Positions 10,414 to 20,798 are shown, numbered from the stretch's first letter. The stretch: DNA of 32,000 bases from Erysipelotrichaceae bacterium (GCA_030604855.1 JAUVVC010000007.1:30001-62000), one strand, 5' to 3'. Notes: generated from the sequence alone by a model not told the origin. Program-made: numbers and translations.

Positions 10414-10725
10414 CTATTCTTTCGCCGCGCTCTTTTTAGCACGGGGTTTCTTTTCTTCTGCTTTTTTTGCAGGAGCCTTTTTGGTCTTCTTCGCCTTAGC
10501 AGCTTTCTCTTCGTAGAGCTGAACGTTTGAAACATGAACCTTAGATTCTTTTTCAATCATTCCGCCTTCAGGATTCGCTTGGTTCGGTTTCAAAGCTTTC
10601 TTAACAAGCTTGACGCCTTCAACGATCACCTTATCTTCTTTAGGGAATGCTTTCAGAACTTCACCAATGGTTCCTTTGTCATCGCCAGTAATGACTTTGA
10701 CTTTATCGCCTTTTTTAATTTTCAT
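10414..10725 (-). CDS. rplX: 50S ribosomal protein L24 with Lys/Ala-rich C-terminal tail
   Basis: 103 aa. KOW motif [23 protein letters not shown]. Tail [32 protein letters not shown]. Confidence 0.93.
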   Translation of the reverse strand: MKIKKGDKVKVITGDDKGTIGEVLKAFPKEDKVIVEGVKLVKKALKPNQANPEGGMIEKESKVHVSNVQLYEEKAAKAKKTKKAPAKKAEEKKPRAKKSAAKE

Positions 10726-10737
10726 CGAGCTTTCCTC

Positions 10738-11106
10738 CTATAACACTTCAGGTGCCAACGATACGATCTTCATGAAGTTTTTATCACGAAGCTCACGAGC
10801 AACTGGTCCGAAAATACGGGTACCCTTAGGTGTCTGATCTTCCTTGATGATGACAACTGCGTTATCATCGAATTTGATGTAAGATCCATTTGCGCGACGT
10901 ACGCCATAAACGGTACGAACAACAACCGCCTTAACGACATCACCCTTCTTAACGGATCCACCGGGTGTAGCTTCCTTGACGGTGCATACAACCACATCCC
11001 CTATACTGGATGTTCTGCGACGAGAACCACCCAAGCAACGGATAACCAAAACTTCCTTAGCGCCAGTGTTATCGGCTACTTTACATCTTGTTTCATTTTG
11101 AATCAT
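10738..11106 (-). CDS. rplN: 50S ribosomal protein L14
   Basis: 122 aa. [31 protein letters not shown]. Confidence 0.95.
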   Translation of the reverse strand: MIQNETRCKVADNTGAKEVLVIRCLGGSRRRTSSIGDVVVCTVKEATPGGSVKKGDVVKAVVVRTVYGVRRANGSYIKFDDNAVVIIKEDQTPKGTRIFGPVARELRDKNFMKIVSLAPEVL

Positions 11107-11115
11107 GATTGCCTC

Positions 11116-11376
11116 CTATAACACAACGGCTTTTTGGACAACCTTGATCAAACGGAAGTTCTTGGTAGCGGAGAGTTTACGGGTTTCCATAATCTCAACG
11201 ATATCACCAATTCCAGCTTGATTAAGTTCATCATGAGCCTTATATTTTTTAGAATACTTTACACGCTTGTTGTACAAAGGGTGAGTTTTGGAAGTGCTGA
11301 CTTCTACGACAATGGTTTTATCCATTTTATCGGAAACGACTGTTCCACGATATACTTTGCGACTTGTTCTTTCCAT
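11116..11376 (-). CDS. rpsQ: 30S ribosomal protein S17
   Basis: 86 aa. [21 protein letters not shown]......[17 protein letters not shown]. Confidence 0.95.
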   Translation of the reverse strand: MERTSRKVYRGTVVSDKMDKTIVVEVSTSKTHPLYNKRVKYSKKYKAHDELNQAGIGDIVEIMETRKLSATKNFRLIKVVQKAVVL

Positions 11377-11388
11377 CGTTCTGCCCTC

Positions 11389-11586
11389 CTATTTCTTCTC
11401 ACTGAGTTCACGCTCAGTGATCACGGTTTTGATTCTTGCGATGGTCTTACGAATTTCCTTCATACGACCAAAGTTTGTGAGTTGACCAGTTGCCTTTTGG
11501 AAGCGCAAGGTGAACAACTCTTCTTTTAAAGAATCGATATCTTTAAGCAACTCGACATTGCTTTTTTCGCGAATATCATTTCTCAT
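11389..11586 (-). CDS. rpmC: 50S ribosomal protein L29
   Basis: 65 aa. EL..LKEELF.LRFQ.ATGQL.N..R.KE.RK.IARIKTV. TAATG overlap with the rplP stop. Confidence 0.93.
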   Translation of the reverse strand: MRNDIREKSNVELLKDIDSLKEELFTLRFQKATGQLTNFGRMKEIRKTIARIKTVITERELSEKK

Positions 11587-12005
11587 TATGCATTCTCCTC
11601 GCCCTTCTTAACAAAACGGGTCTTCACAGAAAGCTTATGTGCTCCCAAACGCAACGCTTCGCGTGCGATTTCTTCACTAACGCCTCCAACTTCAAATAAG
11701 ATACGTCCTGGTTGTACGACGGCAACCCAACCTTCAGGTGCCCCCTTACCACTACCCATACGGACTTCAAGTGGTTTTTTTGTAATAGCTAAGTGCGGGA
11801 ATATCTTGATCCAGACTTGTCCGCCACGCTTCATGTAACGCGTGATCGCAATACGAGCAGATTCGATTTGACGATTGCTCACATAGGCACCAGACTCAGC
11901 TACCAAACCATATTCACCAAACACGACTTCACGACCCGCTTTTGCGCGGCCTTCGTGAGAGACACGGTGCGGTCTTCTAAATTTTGTACGATTTGGCATC
12001 AACAT
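11586..12005 (-). CDS. rplP: 50S ribosomal protein L16
   Basis: The track ORF (203 aa, to 12197) overlaps rpsC out of frame. Trimmed to the canonical [21 protein letters not shown] (ATG at 12005), 1 nt after the rpsC stop. Confidence 0.93.
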   Translation of the reverse strand: MLMPNRTKFRRPHRVSHEGRAKAGREVVFGEYGLVAESGAYVSNRQIESARIAITRYMKRGGQVWIKIFPHLAITKKPLEVRMGSGKGAPEGWVAVVQPGRILFEVGGVSEEIAREALRLGAHKLSVKTRFVKKGEENA

Positions 12006-12006
12006 A

Positions 12007-12786
12007 TTATTCGGCACCTCCCTCTTTAGCGACTTCCGTAGCCGTCTTCGCTTCTTGAGCTTGAGGACGACGAGAATCATTGCGACGTTTGTCATCACGA
12101 CGTGGACGACGATCGCGTTGTTGTTCCTTTGGAGCTTCAGGTTCTTGAACCATTTGACCCGGCAAGACTTCACCGCGACAGATCCAAACCTTGACACCTA
12201 AACGACCATAGGTCGTAGCGGCTTCCGCATGTGCGTAATCGATATCGGAACGCAAGGTATGCAAAGGTACGACACCTTCGGAATAGCCTTCGCTACGCGC
12301 GATATCATTTCCGCCCAAACGACCGGAAACTAAGGTTTTGACACCTTTCGCACCAGAACGCATGCATTGTTGAATGGCACGTTTCTGAGCAGTTCTGAAG
12401 GATGCACGTTGTTCAAGTTGATCAGCGATCAAACGAGCAACCAAGGTCGCATCCAAGTTAGGATTCGCAACAGCCAATACAGTGATCTTAACTGTCTTAT
12501 CACCGATCAACTTTGTCAATTCTTTCTTTAAGTTTTCGATTTCCTTGCCATCTTGACCGATGATCTCACCGGCTTTACCAGCACGGATGATGATTTCGAC
12601 GCGATGTTTCGAACGTTCGATTTCAATACGAGAGACCGAAGCCTTCTTCAAACGTTTGAAGAGGAACTCACGAATCTTGATATCTTCTTGAAGCAATGCT
12701 CCATATTCTTTTTCTGCGTACCAACGGGATTCCCAATCGCGGATAATCCCAACGCGTAATCCTATTGGACTTACTTTTTGACCCAT
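12007..12786 (-). CDS. rpsC: 30S ribosomal protein S3 with ~45-aa charged C-terminal extension
   Basis: 259 aa. [26 protein letters not shown] domain. Tail [44 protein letters not shown]. Confidence 0.95.
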   Translation of the reverse strand: MGQKVSPIGLRVGIIRDWESRWYAEKEYGALLQEDIKIREFLFKRLKKASVSRIEIERSKHRVEIIIRAGKAGEIIGQDGKEIENLKKELTKLIGDKTVKITVLAVANPNLDATLVARLIADQLEQRASFRTAQKRAIQQCMRSGAKGVKTLVSGRLGGNDIARSEGYSEGVVPLHTLRSDIDYAHAEAATTYGRLGVKVWICRGEVLPGQMVQEPEAPKEQQRDRRPRRDDKRRNDSRRPQAQEAKTATEVAKEGGAE

Positions 12787-12797
12787 GATCGTTCCTC

Positions 12798-13133
12798 CTA
12801 GTTTCTCTCAGCCACGACGACTGTAATATGACTTGTACGCTTTAAGATTTGTGTTGCTGAACCTTTTGCACGAGGCATAAAGCGCTTCAATACAACACCT
12901 TCATCCGCATAACACGCTTTCACGTATAATTTTTCTTCAGCCAATTGGTGATTGTTTACGGCATTCGCCACAGCTGAATGTAAAACCTTACCGGTCGCAT
13001 TCGATGCACTGGTTGGTGTGAACTTCAAGATCGCCGCAGCTTCCTTGACATTCTTTCCACGAATCAGGTCGAGAACGAGACGAGCTTTACGCGGTGGGAC
13101 ACGAAGTGTCTTTGCAGTAGCTTTAACATCCAT
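12798..13133 (-). CDS. rplV: 50S ribosomal protein L22
   Basis: 111 aa. [27 protein letters not shown]....A. Confidence 0.95.
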   Translation of the reverse strand: MDVKATAKTLRVPPRKARLVLDLIRGKNVKEAAAILKFTPTSASNATGKVLHSAVANAVNNHQLAEEKLYVKACYADEGVVLKRFMPRAKGSATQILKRTSHITVVVAERN

Positions 13134-13414
13134 TATTTCTTACCTGCCTTCTTATCATCAGCTCCATGTCCACCATATTTACGTGTTGGGACAAACTCAC
13201 CGAGCTTGTGTCCAACCATATCTTCAGTGACATAGACTGGAACGTGTTCCTTACCGTTATAAACAGCAAATGTGTGTTCGACAAATTCTGGGAAAATGGT
13301 AGAACGACGAGACCAGGTTTTAATGACTTCTTTTTTACTTGCCGCATTCAGTTTTTCCACTTTCTTCATCAAGTGGTCATCAACGAATGGACCCTTTTTC
13401 AAACTACGACTCAT
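13133..13414 (-). CDS. rpsS: 30S ribosomal protein S19
   Basis: 93 aa. [19 protein letters not shown]...[39 protein letters not shown]. Confidence 0.95.
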   Translation of the reverse strand: MSRSLKKGPFVDDHLMKKVEKLNAASKKEVIKTWSRRSTIFPEFVEHTFAVYNGKEHVPVYVTEDMVGHKLGEFVPTRKYGGHGADDKKAGKK

Positions 13415-13428
13415 GTGTATCTCCTTTC

Positions 13429-14262
13429 CTACTTGTCATTTCTACGTCTTACGATCAATTTAGTAGACGCTTGTTTTTTCTTACGAGTTTTAACACCCAT
13501 TGCTTTTTTACCCCAAGGTGTCATTGGAGCAGTACGACCGATTGGCGTACGACCTTCACCACCACCATGTGGGTGATCCACTGGGTTCATGACCGAACCA
13601 CGGACGGTTGGGCGAATCCCCATCCAACGTGTACGACCAGCTTTACCTACGTTGACCAAGCTGTGATCTTCGTTACCGACGGTCCCAACTGTAGCGCGGC
13701 AATTGCTCGCGATTTTACGAACTTCACCACTCGCTAAACGAATGATGGAGTATTTGCCTTCTTGACCCAAGATCTGAGCACTGACACCTGCTGAACGAGC
13801 CAATTGTCCACCCTTACCCGGTTTCAATTCAACATTATGAATGAATGTACCATCAGGCATGTTGCCCAATTCCATCGCATTCCCGACTTTGACGTCGGTT
13901 GTGGTTCCACTGACAACTTCCATCCCAACGGTCAAACCCTTAGGAGCCAAGATGTAGCGTTTTTCACCATCTTTATAGTGAAGCAATGCAATATTTGCGG
14001 AACGATTTGGATCGTACTCGATCGTTGCGACTTTCGCTACGATTTCATCCTTGTTCCGTTTGAAGTCGATGATACGGTAGAGTCTTTTGTGACCGCCACC
14101 TTGATGACGTGTTGTGATACGACCGTTGTTATTACGGCCACCCTCTTTACCAAGAGATTGAAGCAATGAACGTTCTGGTTTGTTGGTTGTGATTTCATCA
14201 AAAACCAAACTGGTCATGCCACGGCGACCTGGCGTGGTCGGCTTATACTTTTTAATCGCCAT
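13429..14262 (-). CDS. rplB: 50S ribosomal protein L2
   Basis: 277 aa. [16 protein letters not shown]...[18 protein letters not shown]. Confidence 0.95.
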   Translation of the reverse strand: MAIKKYKPTTPGRRGMTSLVFDEITTNKPERSLLQSLGKEGGRNNNGRITTRHQGGGHKRLYRIIDFKRNKDEIVAKVATIEYDPNRSANIALLHYKDGEKRYILAPKGLTVGMEVVSGTTTDVKVGNAMELGNMPDGTFIHNVELKPGKGGQLARSAGVSAQILGQEGKYSIIRLASGEVRKIASNCRATVGTVGNEDHSLVNVGKAGRTRWMGIRPTVRGSVMNPVDHPHGGGEGRTPIGRTAPMTPWGKKAMGVKTRKKKQASTKLIVRRRNDK

Positions 14263-14324
14263 GTGTTTCCTCCTTACGCAGTGTTATCCGGAAATAGCGT
14301 AATTTCTTCCGTTATGTGATCAGC

Positions 14325-14606
14325 TTAGATCAAGTTGATCTTGTGGCCAGCCGCAAGCTTAACAACCGCTTTACGGACAGCACTTGTTGTCCCAACATAT
14401 TTTCCAACACGTTTCGATCTAGGACGTTGGTTGAGAATGTTGACCTTTTCAACTTTGACATTGAAGATTTCTTCAACGGCAATCTTGACTTGGGTTTTAT
14501 TAGAACCACGAGCCACTTCGAAGGTCACCTTATTGTCAACTTCTTGCAAATGCATCGACTTCTCTGTGATGATCGGACGAATGATGATATCTCTTGCGTT
14601 AGACAT
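14325..14606 (-). CDS. rplW: 50S ribosomal protein L23
   Basis: 93 aa. [10 protein letters not shown]........F.V.....K..VK.AVEE.F.VKV..VN. Confidence 0.93.
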   Translation of the reverse strand: MSNARDIIIRPIITEKSMHLQEVDNKVTFEVARGSNKTQVKIAVEEIFNVKVEKVNILNQRPRSKRVGKYVGTTSAVRKAVVKLAAGHKINLI

Positions 14607-15235
14607 TAGGCTAATACCTCCCCAGCGGTTTTAACAGCGGCTTCCGTGAAGACGATGTTTGAAACACGCATCATATCAAACATATTGAGGCCTTCAACCG
14701 TTGTGAAGAATACATTTGGTAGGTTACGCATCGCTAAGTATGCAGTTTCCCATTCTTCTTCACCGTTGAAAACGTACAATGTTTTCTTAGTGCAATTCAA
14801 TGCATTTTGGATCTTAACGAATTCTTTCGTCTTCGGTGTATCCATTTTGATTCCATCGATAACGACAACCGCATTTTCCAATAGTCTTTCAGACAAGACC
14901 GAACGAACAGCCAAACGTCTTACTTTACGGTTGATGCGGTATGCATAGGAACGTGGAGTAGGACCGAATGCGATACCACCACCTCTCCATTGTGGAGAAC
15001 GGATGGATCCTTGACGCGCACGTCCAGTTCCTTTTTGACGCCAAGGTTTACGACCGCCGCCACGGACTTCCGCGCGGGTCTTCACACTGTGCGTACCTTG
15101 ACGCATCGAAGCTCTTTGCATCAAGACGGTATCGAAGATGGCTTGTTGGTTGGGTTCGATCCCAAAGACCGCTTCAGCCAATTCGATTTCATGAAGGGCC
15201 TTGCCTTCTTGATTTAATACAGTAATTTTTGGCAT
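14606..15235 (-). CDS. rplD: 50S ribosomal protein L4
   Basis: 209 aa. [47 protein letters not shown]. Confidence 0.95.
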   Translation of the reverse strand: MPKITVLNQEGKALHEIELAEAVFGIEPNQQAIFDTVLMQRASMRQGTHSVKTRAEVRGGGRKPWRQKGTGRARQGSIRSPQWRGGGIAFGPTPRSYAYRINRKVRRLAVRSVLSERLLENAVVVIDGIKMDTPKTKEFVKIQNALNCTKKTLYVFNGEEEWETAYLAMRNLPNVFFTTVEGLNMFDMMRVSNIVFTEAAVKTAGEVLA

Positions 15236-15238
15236 GGC

Positions 15239-15946
15239 TTAGTCCTCCTTTGTTGTCTCAACAACTTCTTCTACTTTTGCCGTACGAACCAAGATTTCCT
15301 TAGCAGGAACGGATTTAACACGTTTCACTGTGGTCTTGACAACGACGTATCCACGTTTAGGTCCAGGTACATTACCTTTGACCAACATGACATTCTTGTC
15401 TGTATCGACCATGATGACTTCTAAATTTTGATTCGTTGTGGACAAGTGACCTTCATGACCAGCCATGATACGTCCCTTGTTGATGATCCCATTGTTACGA
15501 CCGATGGTCGCTAATGAACCAGGTCCACGGTGGTGACCAGAACCGTGTGAATTCGGGCCAGTGCTTTGGTTGTTACGGTAAACCGCACCCATGAAGCCTT
15601 TACCCTTTGATGTGCCGGAAACATCGACGATTTCTCCAGCTGCGAACAAATCGGCTTTGATAACGGCACCTACTTCATATTGACTCAGTTCTTCCGAACG
15701 GATTTCCTTGATGAATTTTTTAGGGCTTGTGTTAGCTTTAGCGACATGTCCGACTAGTGGTTTGTTGGCACGTTGAGGTTTGACATCTTCATAACCCAAC
15801 TGTGTTGCAACATAACCATCTGATTCTTTGGTTTTTTGTTGAAGAACGACATTCGGCAATACTTCGAGTACAGTTACTGGAATCAATGTTCCGTCTGTAG
15901 TGAAGACTTGCGTCATACCGAGCTTTCTTCCTAATAGTCCTTTCAT
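15239..15946 (-). CDS. rplC: 50S ribosomal protein L3
   Basis: 235 aa. MKGLLGRKLGMTQVF...GTSKGKGFMG...GH.G...T..NL.V. About 25 aa longer at the C-terminus than the ~209-aa Bacillus form. Confidence 0.95.
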   Translation of the reverse strand: MKGLLGRKLGMTQVFTTDGTLIPVTVLEVLPNVVLQQKTKESDGYVATQLGYEDVKPQRANKPLVGHVAKANTSPKKFIKEIRSEELSQYEVGAVIKADLFAAGEIVDVSGTSKGKGFMGAVYRNNQSTGPNSHGSGHHRGPGSLATIGRNNGIINKGRIMAGHEGHLSTTNQNLEVIMVDTDKNVMLVKGNVPGPKRGYVVVKTTVKRVKSVPAKEILVRTAKVEEVVETTKED

Positions 15947-15962
15947 GATTTTGTGCTCCTAA

Positions 15963-16274
15963 CTATAGTTTGATTTCGATATCGACGCCACTAGGCAATT
16001 CCAAACGACTCAATGCATCGATGGTAGCCGCGGACGGGCCAACGATTTCGATTAAACGCTTGTGTGTACGAATCTCGAATTGTTCACGCGAATCTTTGTA
16101 TTTGTGAACCGCGCGCAATACTGTGATTACCTGTTTTTCGGTAGGTAGTGGAACCGGTCCGATGACTTTCTTTGAACCAAAGTCATTTGCCGCATCGACA
16201 ATCTTCTTTGTCGCCGCATCCAATGATCTTGACTCATAAGCCTTTAGACGAATACGAATGCTATTCTTTGCCAT
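15963..16274 (-). CDS. rpsJ: 30S ribosomal protein S10
   Basis: 103 aa. [14 protein letters not shown]......V.......GP.PLPT.......[20 protein letters not shown]. Confidence 0.95.
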   Translation of the reverse strand: MAKNSIRIRLKAYESRSLDAATKKIVDAANDFGSKKVIGPVPLPTEKQVITVLRAVHKYKDSREQFEIRTHKRLIEIVGPSAATIDALSRLELPSGVDIEIKL

Positions 16275-16433
16275 GAAATCCTCCTATTTCTTACGCCTCT
16301 GGATTAATACCAATCGCTCAGTACGAATTCTCTGCCTTCTCACTGATCATGACAACGCTTATCAGTGTGTCAGTAACCTCGTACGTCTTTGCGTGCGCTT
16401 CAATATTATACTGCTCTGTCAAATAAAAAGCAA
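16275..16433 (-). promoter_or_regulatory. S10-operon promoter and ~125-nt 5' leader
   Basis: Minus strand: -35 TTGCTT (16433-16428), 17-nt spacer, -10 TATAAT (16410-16405). The leader contains the hairpin CACTGAT-N13-ATCAGTG (16341-16367) and ends in an AGGAGG SD. Confidence 0.6.
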
Positions 16434-16451
16434 GTACTTTTTGTACTCGCT
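16421..16451 (-). terminator. Rho-independent terminator after citrate synthase
   Basis: Minus strand: AGCGAGUAC-AAAAA-GUACUUGCU (9 bp, one G-U pair) then UUUUAUUU. Starts 10 nt after the stop at 16461. Confidence 0.8.
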
Positions 16452-16460
16452 TTACTTGAT

Positions 16461-17819
16461 CTATTTTCTATCTTCGAGTGGACAATACGTTTGCAAGTCC
16501 CCTAAGGTGATGTACGCCGGGCGCATGATTTTATCATCAAGGATTTGCTCCAAGCGATGTGCCGACCAACCCGCGATGCGACTGATCGCAAAGACCGGTG
16601 TATAGAGGTCCTCGGGGATATTGAGCATATCCATGACGAAGCCTGCATAGAAATCCACATTGGCCGCCATCGCATTGTCGTTCTTAACCTTCTCGTTCAA
16701 GATCTCACAACCGATACGTTCAATGTCCGCATAGAGATTGTACTCTTTAATGCGTCCTTTGTGAAGTGCCAATTGCTCTGCTTTTTGCTTAATGATCAAT
16801 GTTCGAGGATCGGATAAGGTATATACCGCATGCCCTAAACCATAGAGCAAGCCTTTTTGATCAAACGCTTCCTTATTCAGGATCTTGCGAAGATACATGC
16901 GCAAATTTTCTTCAGAATAATTCAAGCTTACATTGGCTCTGATGTTTGCGAACATTTCCGACACCATCTTATTCGCACCCCCGTGTTTAGGTCCTTTTAA
17001 GGAACCTAAGGCCGTCGCGATCGCTGAATAAGTATCTGTACCCGTAGACGAAACCACATGGGTCGCAAAACTCGAGTTGTTTCCACCCCCATGTTCCGCC
17101 TGCAAGACCAATAACAGATCCAAGGTTTCGACCTCTTCACGGGTATACTTGCCATCTGGGCGTATCAAGTGTAGAAAATTCTCAGCGGTTCCCACTCCTT
17201 TGATGGGACGATGGATCACCAAACTTTCATGGTTGAAGGTGTGGCGTTTGACTTGGTAACTGTAGGCAGCCAGAAGAGGCAACTTCGCAATCAAATCAAT
17301 CGACTGACGCAAGACATTGTTCACGCTCACATCATCTGGATTATCATCATACGAGTACAAGGTCAAGATCGCGCGTTGAAGTTTATTCATGATATTCGGT
17401 GCAGGAATCTTGATGATCACATCTTCTTTATAGTGTCTGGGTAAGTCACGTCGGACTTCGAGCGCATGATTGAATTCATCCAACTCCTGTGCATTGGGAC
17501 ACTTCCCAAACAAGAGTAGATATACGGTTTCTTCGAACCCCAAACGATGTTCCTTCTGAAAGCCGTTCACCAAATCGAACAGGTCATAACCACGATAATA
17601 CAATCGTCCTTCCGTCGGGATTTTTACTTCGTTTTCTTTACGATAGCCGATTACAGAACCGACACGTGTGATCCCGACCAAAACACCGGTTCCATTCTCA
17701 TTGCGTAAACCTCGCTTGATGTTGTGTTGAGGATAGAGTTTCGGTTCAATGGTGTTTCGTTCTTCGATGATCTTTGACCATGTCTCAATGTGTTGTTCAA
17801 AATCATTCTGTTTTGGCAT
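16461..17819 (-). CDS. citZ: Citrate synthase (Si-type, citrate synthase fold)
   Basis: 452 aa. Family motifs GPKHGGANKMV and GLGHAVYTLSDPR. Start overlaps the icd 3' end by 17 nt. Confidence 0.9.
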   Translation of the reverse strand: MPKQNDFEQHIETWSKIIEERNTIEPKLYPQHNIKRGLRNENGTGVLVGITRVGSVIGYRKENEVKIPTEGRLYYRGYDLFDLVNGFQKEHRLGFEETVYLLLFGKCPNAQELDEFNHALEVRRDLPRHYKEDVIIKIPAPNIMNKLQRAILTLYSYDDNPDDVSVNNVLRQSIDLIAKLPLLAAYSYQVKRHTFNHESLVIHRPIKGVGTAENFLHLIRPDGKYTREEVETLDLLLVLQAEHGGGNNSSFATHVVSSTGTDTYSAIATALGSLKGPKHGGANKMVSEMFANIRANVSLNYSEENLRMYLRKILNKEAFDQKGLLYGLGHAVYTLSDPRTLIIKQKAEQLALHKGRIKEYNLYADIERIGCEILNEKVKNDNAMAANVDFYAGFVMDMLNIPEDLYTPVFAISRIAGWSAHRLEQILDDKIMRPAYITLGDLQTYCPLEDRK

Positions 17820-18852
17820 CTACTTTACCTCTTGAAGCCTTTATGATTTGAATCAGCTTCGTTGTATATTCACGTGTATTCAATGGACCTTTGATATCTT
17901 TAGTAAAATTGGCTTCATCTTGATACAATCGATCAATCGCAGCTCTCAATAAGTCTGCTTCTTTTTTAACGTTGAAATGATCCAACATCATCGCCGCACT
18001 CAATAACAAAGCGGTAGGATTCGCAATTCCCATACCAGCGATATCCGGCGCGGAACCATGGGTGGCCTCAAACAAAGCCATTTCAGTTCCCACATTCGCA
18101 CCGGGAACGAAACCCAAGCCCCCCACGAGCGCGGCTCCTAAATCGGATAAAATATCGCCATACAGATTCTCCGTCACCACCACATCAAACTGATTGGGGT
18201 TCAAAACCATCTGCATGCACATGTTATCCACAAGGATTTCTGTGAATTCAATCGTCGGATAGTGCTTCGATACATCCCGTACCGTATCCAGAAACAAACC
18301 ATCGCTCAACTTCATGATGTTCGCCTTAGTCACGACTGTCACTTTCTTACGATTGTGTTGGACGGCGTATTCAAATGCGGAAGTAGCGATGCGTCTGCTC
18401 GCTTGTCGCGTGATGACTTTGATACTGCGCGCTTCATCCGCACTGACTTGCTCTTCCAGACCCATGTACAAATCTTCGGTATTCTCTCTAAACAGCACGA
18501 TATCCACCGCTTGATAGTGACTGGGTACCTTGCCGATGGATTGAATGGGTCGCACACAAGCATACAGATCATAACGTTTGCGCAGCTCCACATTGATGCT
18601 TCTAAAACCTGTCCCAATGGGTGTGGTGATTGGCCCTTTTAAGGCAACTTTATTCTTTTCAAAGCTATCGTAGATCGATTGTGGCACAAGTGTTCCTGTT
18701 TCCTCAAAGACCTTTAATCCCGCATTGTACTCATCCCACACAAGATCCACATCCAATGCCGCGATGACCTCCTTCATGGATGAGGTGATTTCAGGTCCGA
18801 TTCCATCCCCAGGAATCAAAGTGACGCGCTTTCTATGCAATGGACTTGGCAT
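17803..18852 (-). CDS. icd: Isocitrate dehydrogenase, short (~350 aa) isocitrate/isopropylmalate dehydrogenase family form
   Basis: 349 aa. IPGDGIGPE N-terminus and the NLYGDILSDL signature. Lies between aconitase and citrate synthase. Cofactor (NAD vs NADP) cannot be determined from the sequence alone. Confidence 0.8.
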   Translation of the reverse strand: MPSPLHRKRVTLIPGDGIGPEITSSMKEVIAALDVDLVWDEYNAGLKVFEETGTLVPQSIYDSFEKNKVALKGPITTPIGTGFRSINVELRKRYDLYACVRPIQSIGKVPSHYQAVDIVLFRENTEDLYMGLEEQVSADEARSIKVITRQASRRIATSAFEYAVQHNRKKVTVVTKANIMKLSDGLFLDTVRDVSKHYPTIEFTEILVDNMCMQMVLNPNQFDVVVTENLYGDILSDLGAALVGGLGFVPGANVGTEMALFEATHGSAPDIAGMGIANPTALLLSAAMMLDHFNVKKEADLLRAAIDRLYQDEANFTKDIKGPLNTREYTTKLIQIIKASRGKVDAKTE

Positions 18853-20746
18853 AGTTCAAATAGCCTCCTTGAGTCAAGATTTCACGCTCCCTCAAAGTAG
18901 CACTCAGTGTTACTGTTATTTCTTTTTGTTTTGTTTTATTGAAAACGCTGAAACGTTCATCCTGTTTCACATGTTCAAATAGATTGCGGAATTCAAGTTC
19001 ATCCAACACGTCAAACTCGCCTTCTTCAATGACCAGAGGTAGAATCCCCACATTAATCAGATTGGAACGATGGATGCGTGCATAACTCTTTGCCAAGACC
19101 GCTTTGACGCCAAGATATAAAGGAATCAAAGCCGCATGTTCACGTGATGAACCTTGACCATAGTTCTCACCCCCGATGATGATTCCACCCTTGAGTGCTT
19201 TGACACGCTTCACAAATTCAGGATCGGTCCCATGGAAACAATAATCCGCTAAATAGGGAATATTGGAACGATACGGCAAAAGTTTCGCATACGATGGCAC
19301 AATGTCATCGGTCGTCACGTTATCCTTCGTGATCAAGATGACTTGACTGTCAAATCGATCCACAAGGTGCTCTGCTTTTGGGAAAGGCTGAATATTTGGA
19401 CCTAAGGCAATTTCGATTGAGTTTGGATTATCACTTGGATAAATGAAGTAACCATCAACTTTACCAAAAGAATCGGGCTCTTGGATGTCCAATTTCAAAT
19501 CAAGTTGACTTGGATCTGTTAATACACCCATCAATGCGGAAGCCGCAGCTGTTTCAGGCGAGACCAAATAGACTTGCGCATTGGATGTTCCCGATCGACC
19601 TTTGAAATTCCGATTGAATGAGCGCACAGAGATTCCATTTGAACGCGGTGCTTGACCCATCCCGATACAGGGACCACAAGACGATTCCAAGATGCGTGCA
19701 CCGGCCGATATCAAGGTTGACAAACCGCCGTTTTCTGACAACAATCTCAAAATATTCGCCGAACCTGGTGAAATAACCAGACTGACATCGGGGTGAATGG
19801 TTTTTCCTCTTAAGATCTCTACAACTTTCATCATGTCGGTATAGGATGAGTTCGTACAACTTCCAACCGCGACTTGATCGACTTTCAAACCCGCCACTTC
19901 ATGCACTTCAACCACATTGTCGGGCATGTGTGGTTGAGCAACCATCGGTTTAAGTTGACTCAAGTCGATGGTCAATGTTTGATCGTATTCCGCATTTTCA
20001 TCTGCAGTCAAAGCCACAAAGTCTTGAGCACGTTCTTGTTGGGTCAAGTAGCGTAAGGTATTCTCATCACTAGGAAAGATGGATGTCGTCGCGCCTAATT
20101 CAGCCCCCATGTTGCACACGGTGGCACGATCGGTGACACTGAGATGACGGAGTCCATCACCACTATATTCCATGATGAAACCAACACCGCCTGTCACTTT
20201 GAGTTGTTGGAGAACTTTCAGGATGATGTCCTTGCCATTAATATAAGGATGTGGTTTGTTTATTAGCTTGATGTTGAATATTCTTGGCATGACGATCGTC
20301 GTCCTGCCTGTCGCCATGGCTACCGCCACATCCAAACCGCCCATTCCAATCGCAATCGCACCTAAACCTCCTGCGGTTGGGGTATGACTGTCAGAGCCTA
20401 AGAGTATCGTTCCGGGTTTGGCGAAACGTTCCAAATGAACTTGATGACAAATGCCTGCTCCTGGTTTACTGAAGATGATGCCATGTTTCTGGGCTACGGA
20501 TTGGATGAAGGCATGGTCATCCGCATTTTCGAAGCCGGTTTGAAGCATGTTGTGATCAATGTATGCGACGCTCAAATCCGTTTTGACCTTTGGCACATCC
20601 ATCGCTAAAAACTGTAGATACGCCATTGTGCCTGTCGTATCTTGAGTGAGTGTTTGATTAACTTTCAATTGGACTTCTTGACCAGCGATCAATTGCCCTT
20701 TTAAAAGATTTTGCTCAAATATCTTAGTGCTTAAACTCTTTTTCAT
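18833..20746 (-). CDS. acn: Aconitate hydratase, ~640-aa fused large/small-domain type
   Basis: Fe-S and substrate motifs GSDSHT, CTNSS, CGPCIGMG; swivel domain GENYGQGSSREHAA. Start trimmed to MKKSLSTKIF (ATG 20746) with a GGAGA SD 6 nt upstream. Confidence 0.88.
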   Translation of the reverse strand: MKKSLSTKIFEQNLLKGQLIAGQEVQLKVNQTLTQDTTGTMAYLQFLAMDVPKVKTDLSVAYIDHNMLQTGFENADDHAFIQSVAQKHGIIFSKPGAGICHQVHLERFAKPGTILLGSDSHTPTAGGLGAIAIGMGGLDVAVAMATGRTTIVMPRIFNIKLINKPHPYINGKDIILKVLQQLKVTGGVGFIMEYSGDGLRHLSVTDRATVCNMGAELGATTSIFPSDENTLRYLTQQERAQDFVALTADENAEYDQTLTIDLSQLKPMVAQPHMPDNVVEVHEVAGLKVDQVAVGSCTNSSYTDMMKVVEILRGKTIHPDVSLVISPGSANILRLLSENGGLSTLISAGARILESSCGPCIGMGQAPRSNGISVRSFNRNFKGRSGTSNAQVYLVSPETAAASALMGVLTDPSQLDLKLDIQEPDSFGKVDGYFIYPSDNPNSIEIALGPNIQPFPKAEHLVDRFDSQVILITKDNVTTDDIVPSYAKLLPYRSNIPYLADYCFHGTDPEFVKRVKALKGGIIIGGENYGQGSSREHAALIPLYLGVKAVLAKSYARIHRSNLINVGILPLVIEEGEFDVLDELEFRNLFEHVKQDERFSVFNKTKQKEITVTLSATLREREILTQGGYLNYAKSIA

Positions 20747-20769
20747 CGTATTTCTCCAAAGATACATTC

Positions 20770-20798
20770 ATTCTAAGTCGGGTTGATCTTATAAACAA
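20770..20798 (-). promoter_or_regulatory. Predicted sigma-A promoter of the acn-icd-citZ operon
   Basis: Minus strand: -35 TTGTTT (20798-20793), exactly 17 nt, -10 TAGAAT (20775-20770). Confidence 0.5.

Noticed and set aside
11586-12197. N-terminally extended ORF-track models: rplP 203 aa, rpsM from 4272, secY from 7371, methyltransferase from 2165, aconitase from 20767.
   Set aside because: The extensions overlap the upstream gene out of frame or read through a terminator, and they lack conservation. Canonical N-termini with an SD exist at internal ATGs, so the coordinates were trimmed.
14263-14324. Unusually long (62 nt) rplW-rplB spacer with a CGGAA-N13-TTCCG inverted repeat.
   Set aside because: The stem is only 5 bp with a large loop and no flanking signal. 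It is not distinguishable from chance.
16405-16422. Perfect TTGACA and TATAAT hexamers close together upstream of rpsJ.
   Set aside because: They are only 6 nt apart, which is incompatible with a sigma-A promoter. The TATAAT was paired instead with TTGCTT at the proper 17-nt spacing, and the TTGACA is treated as coincidental.
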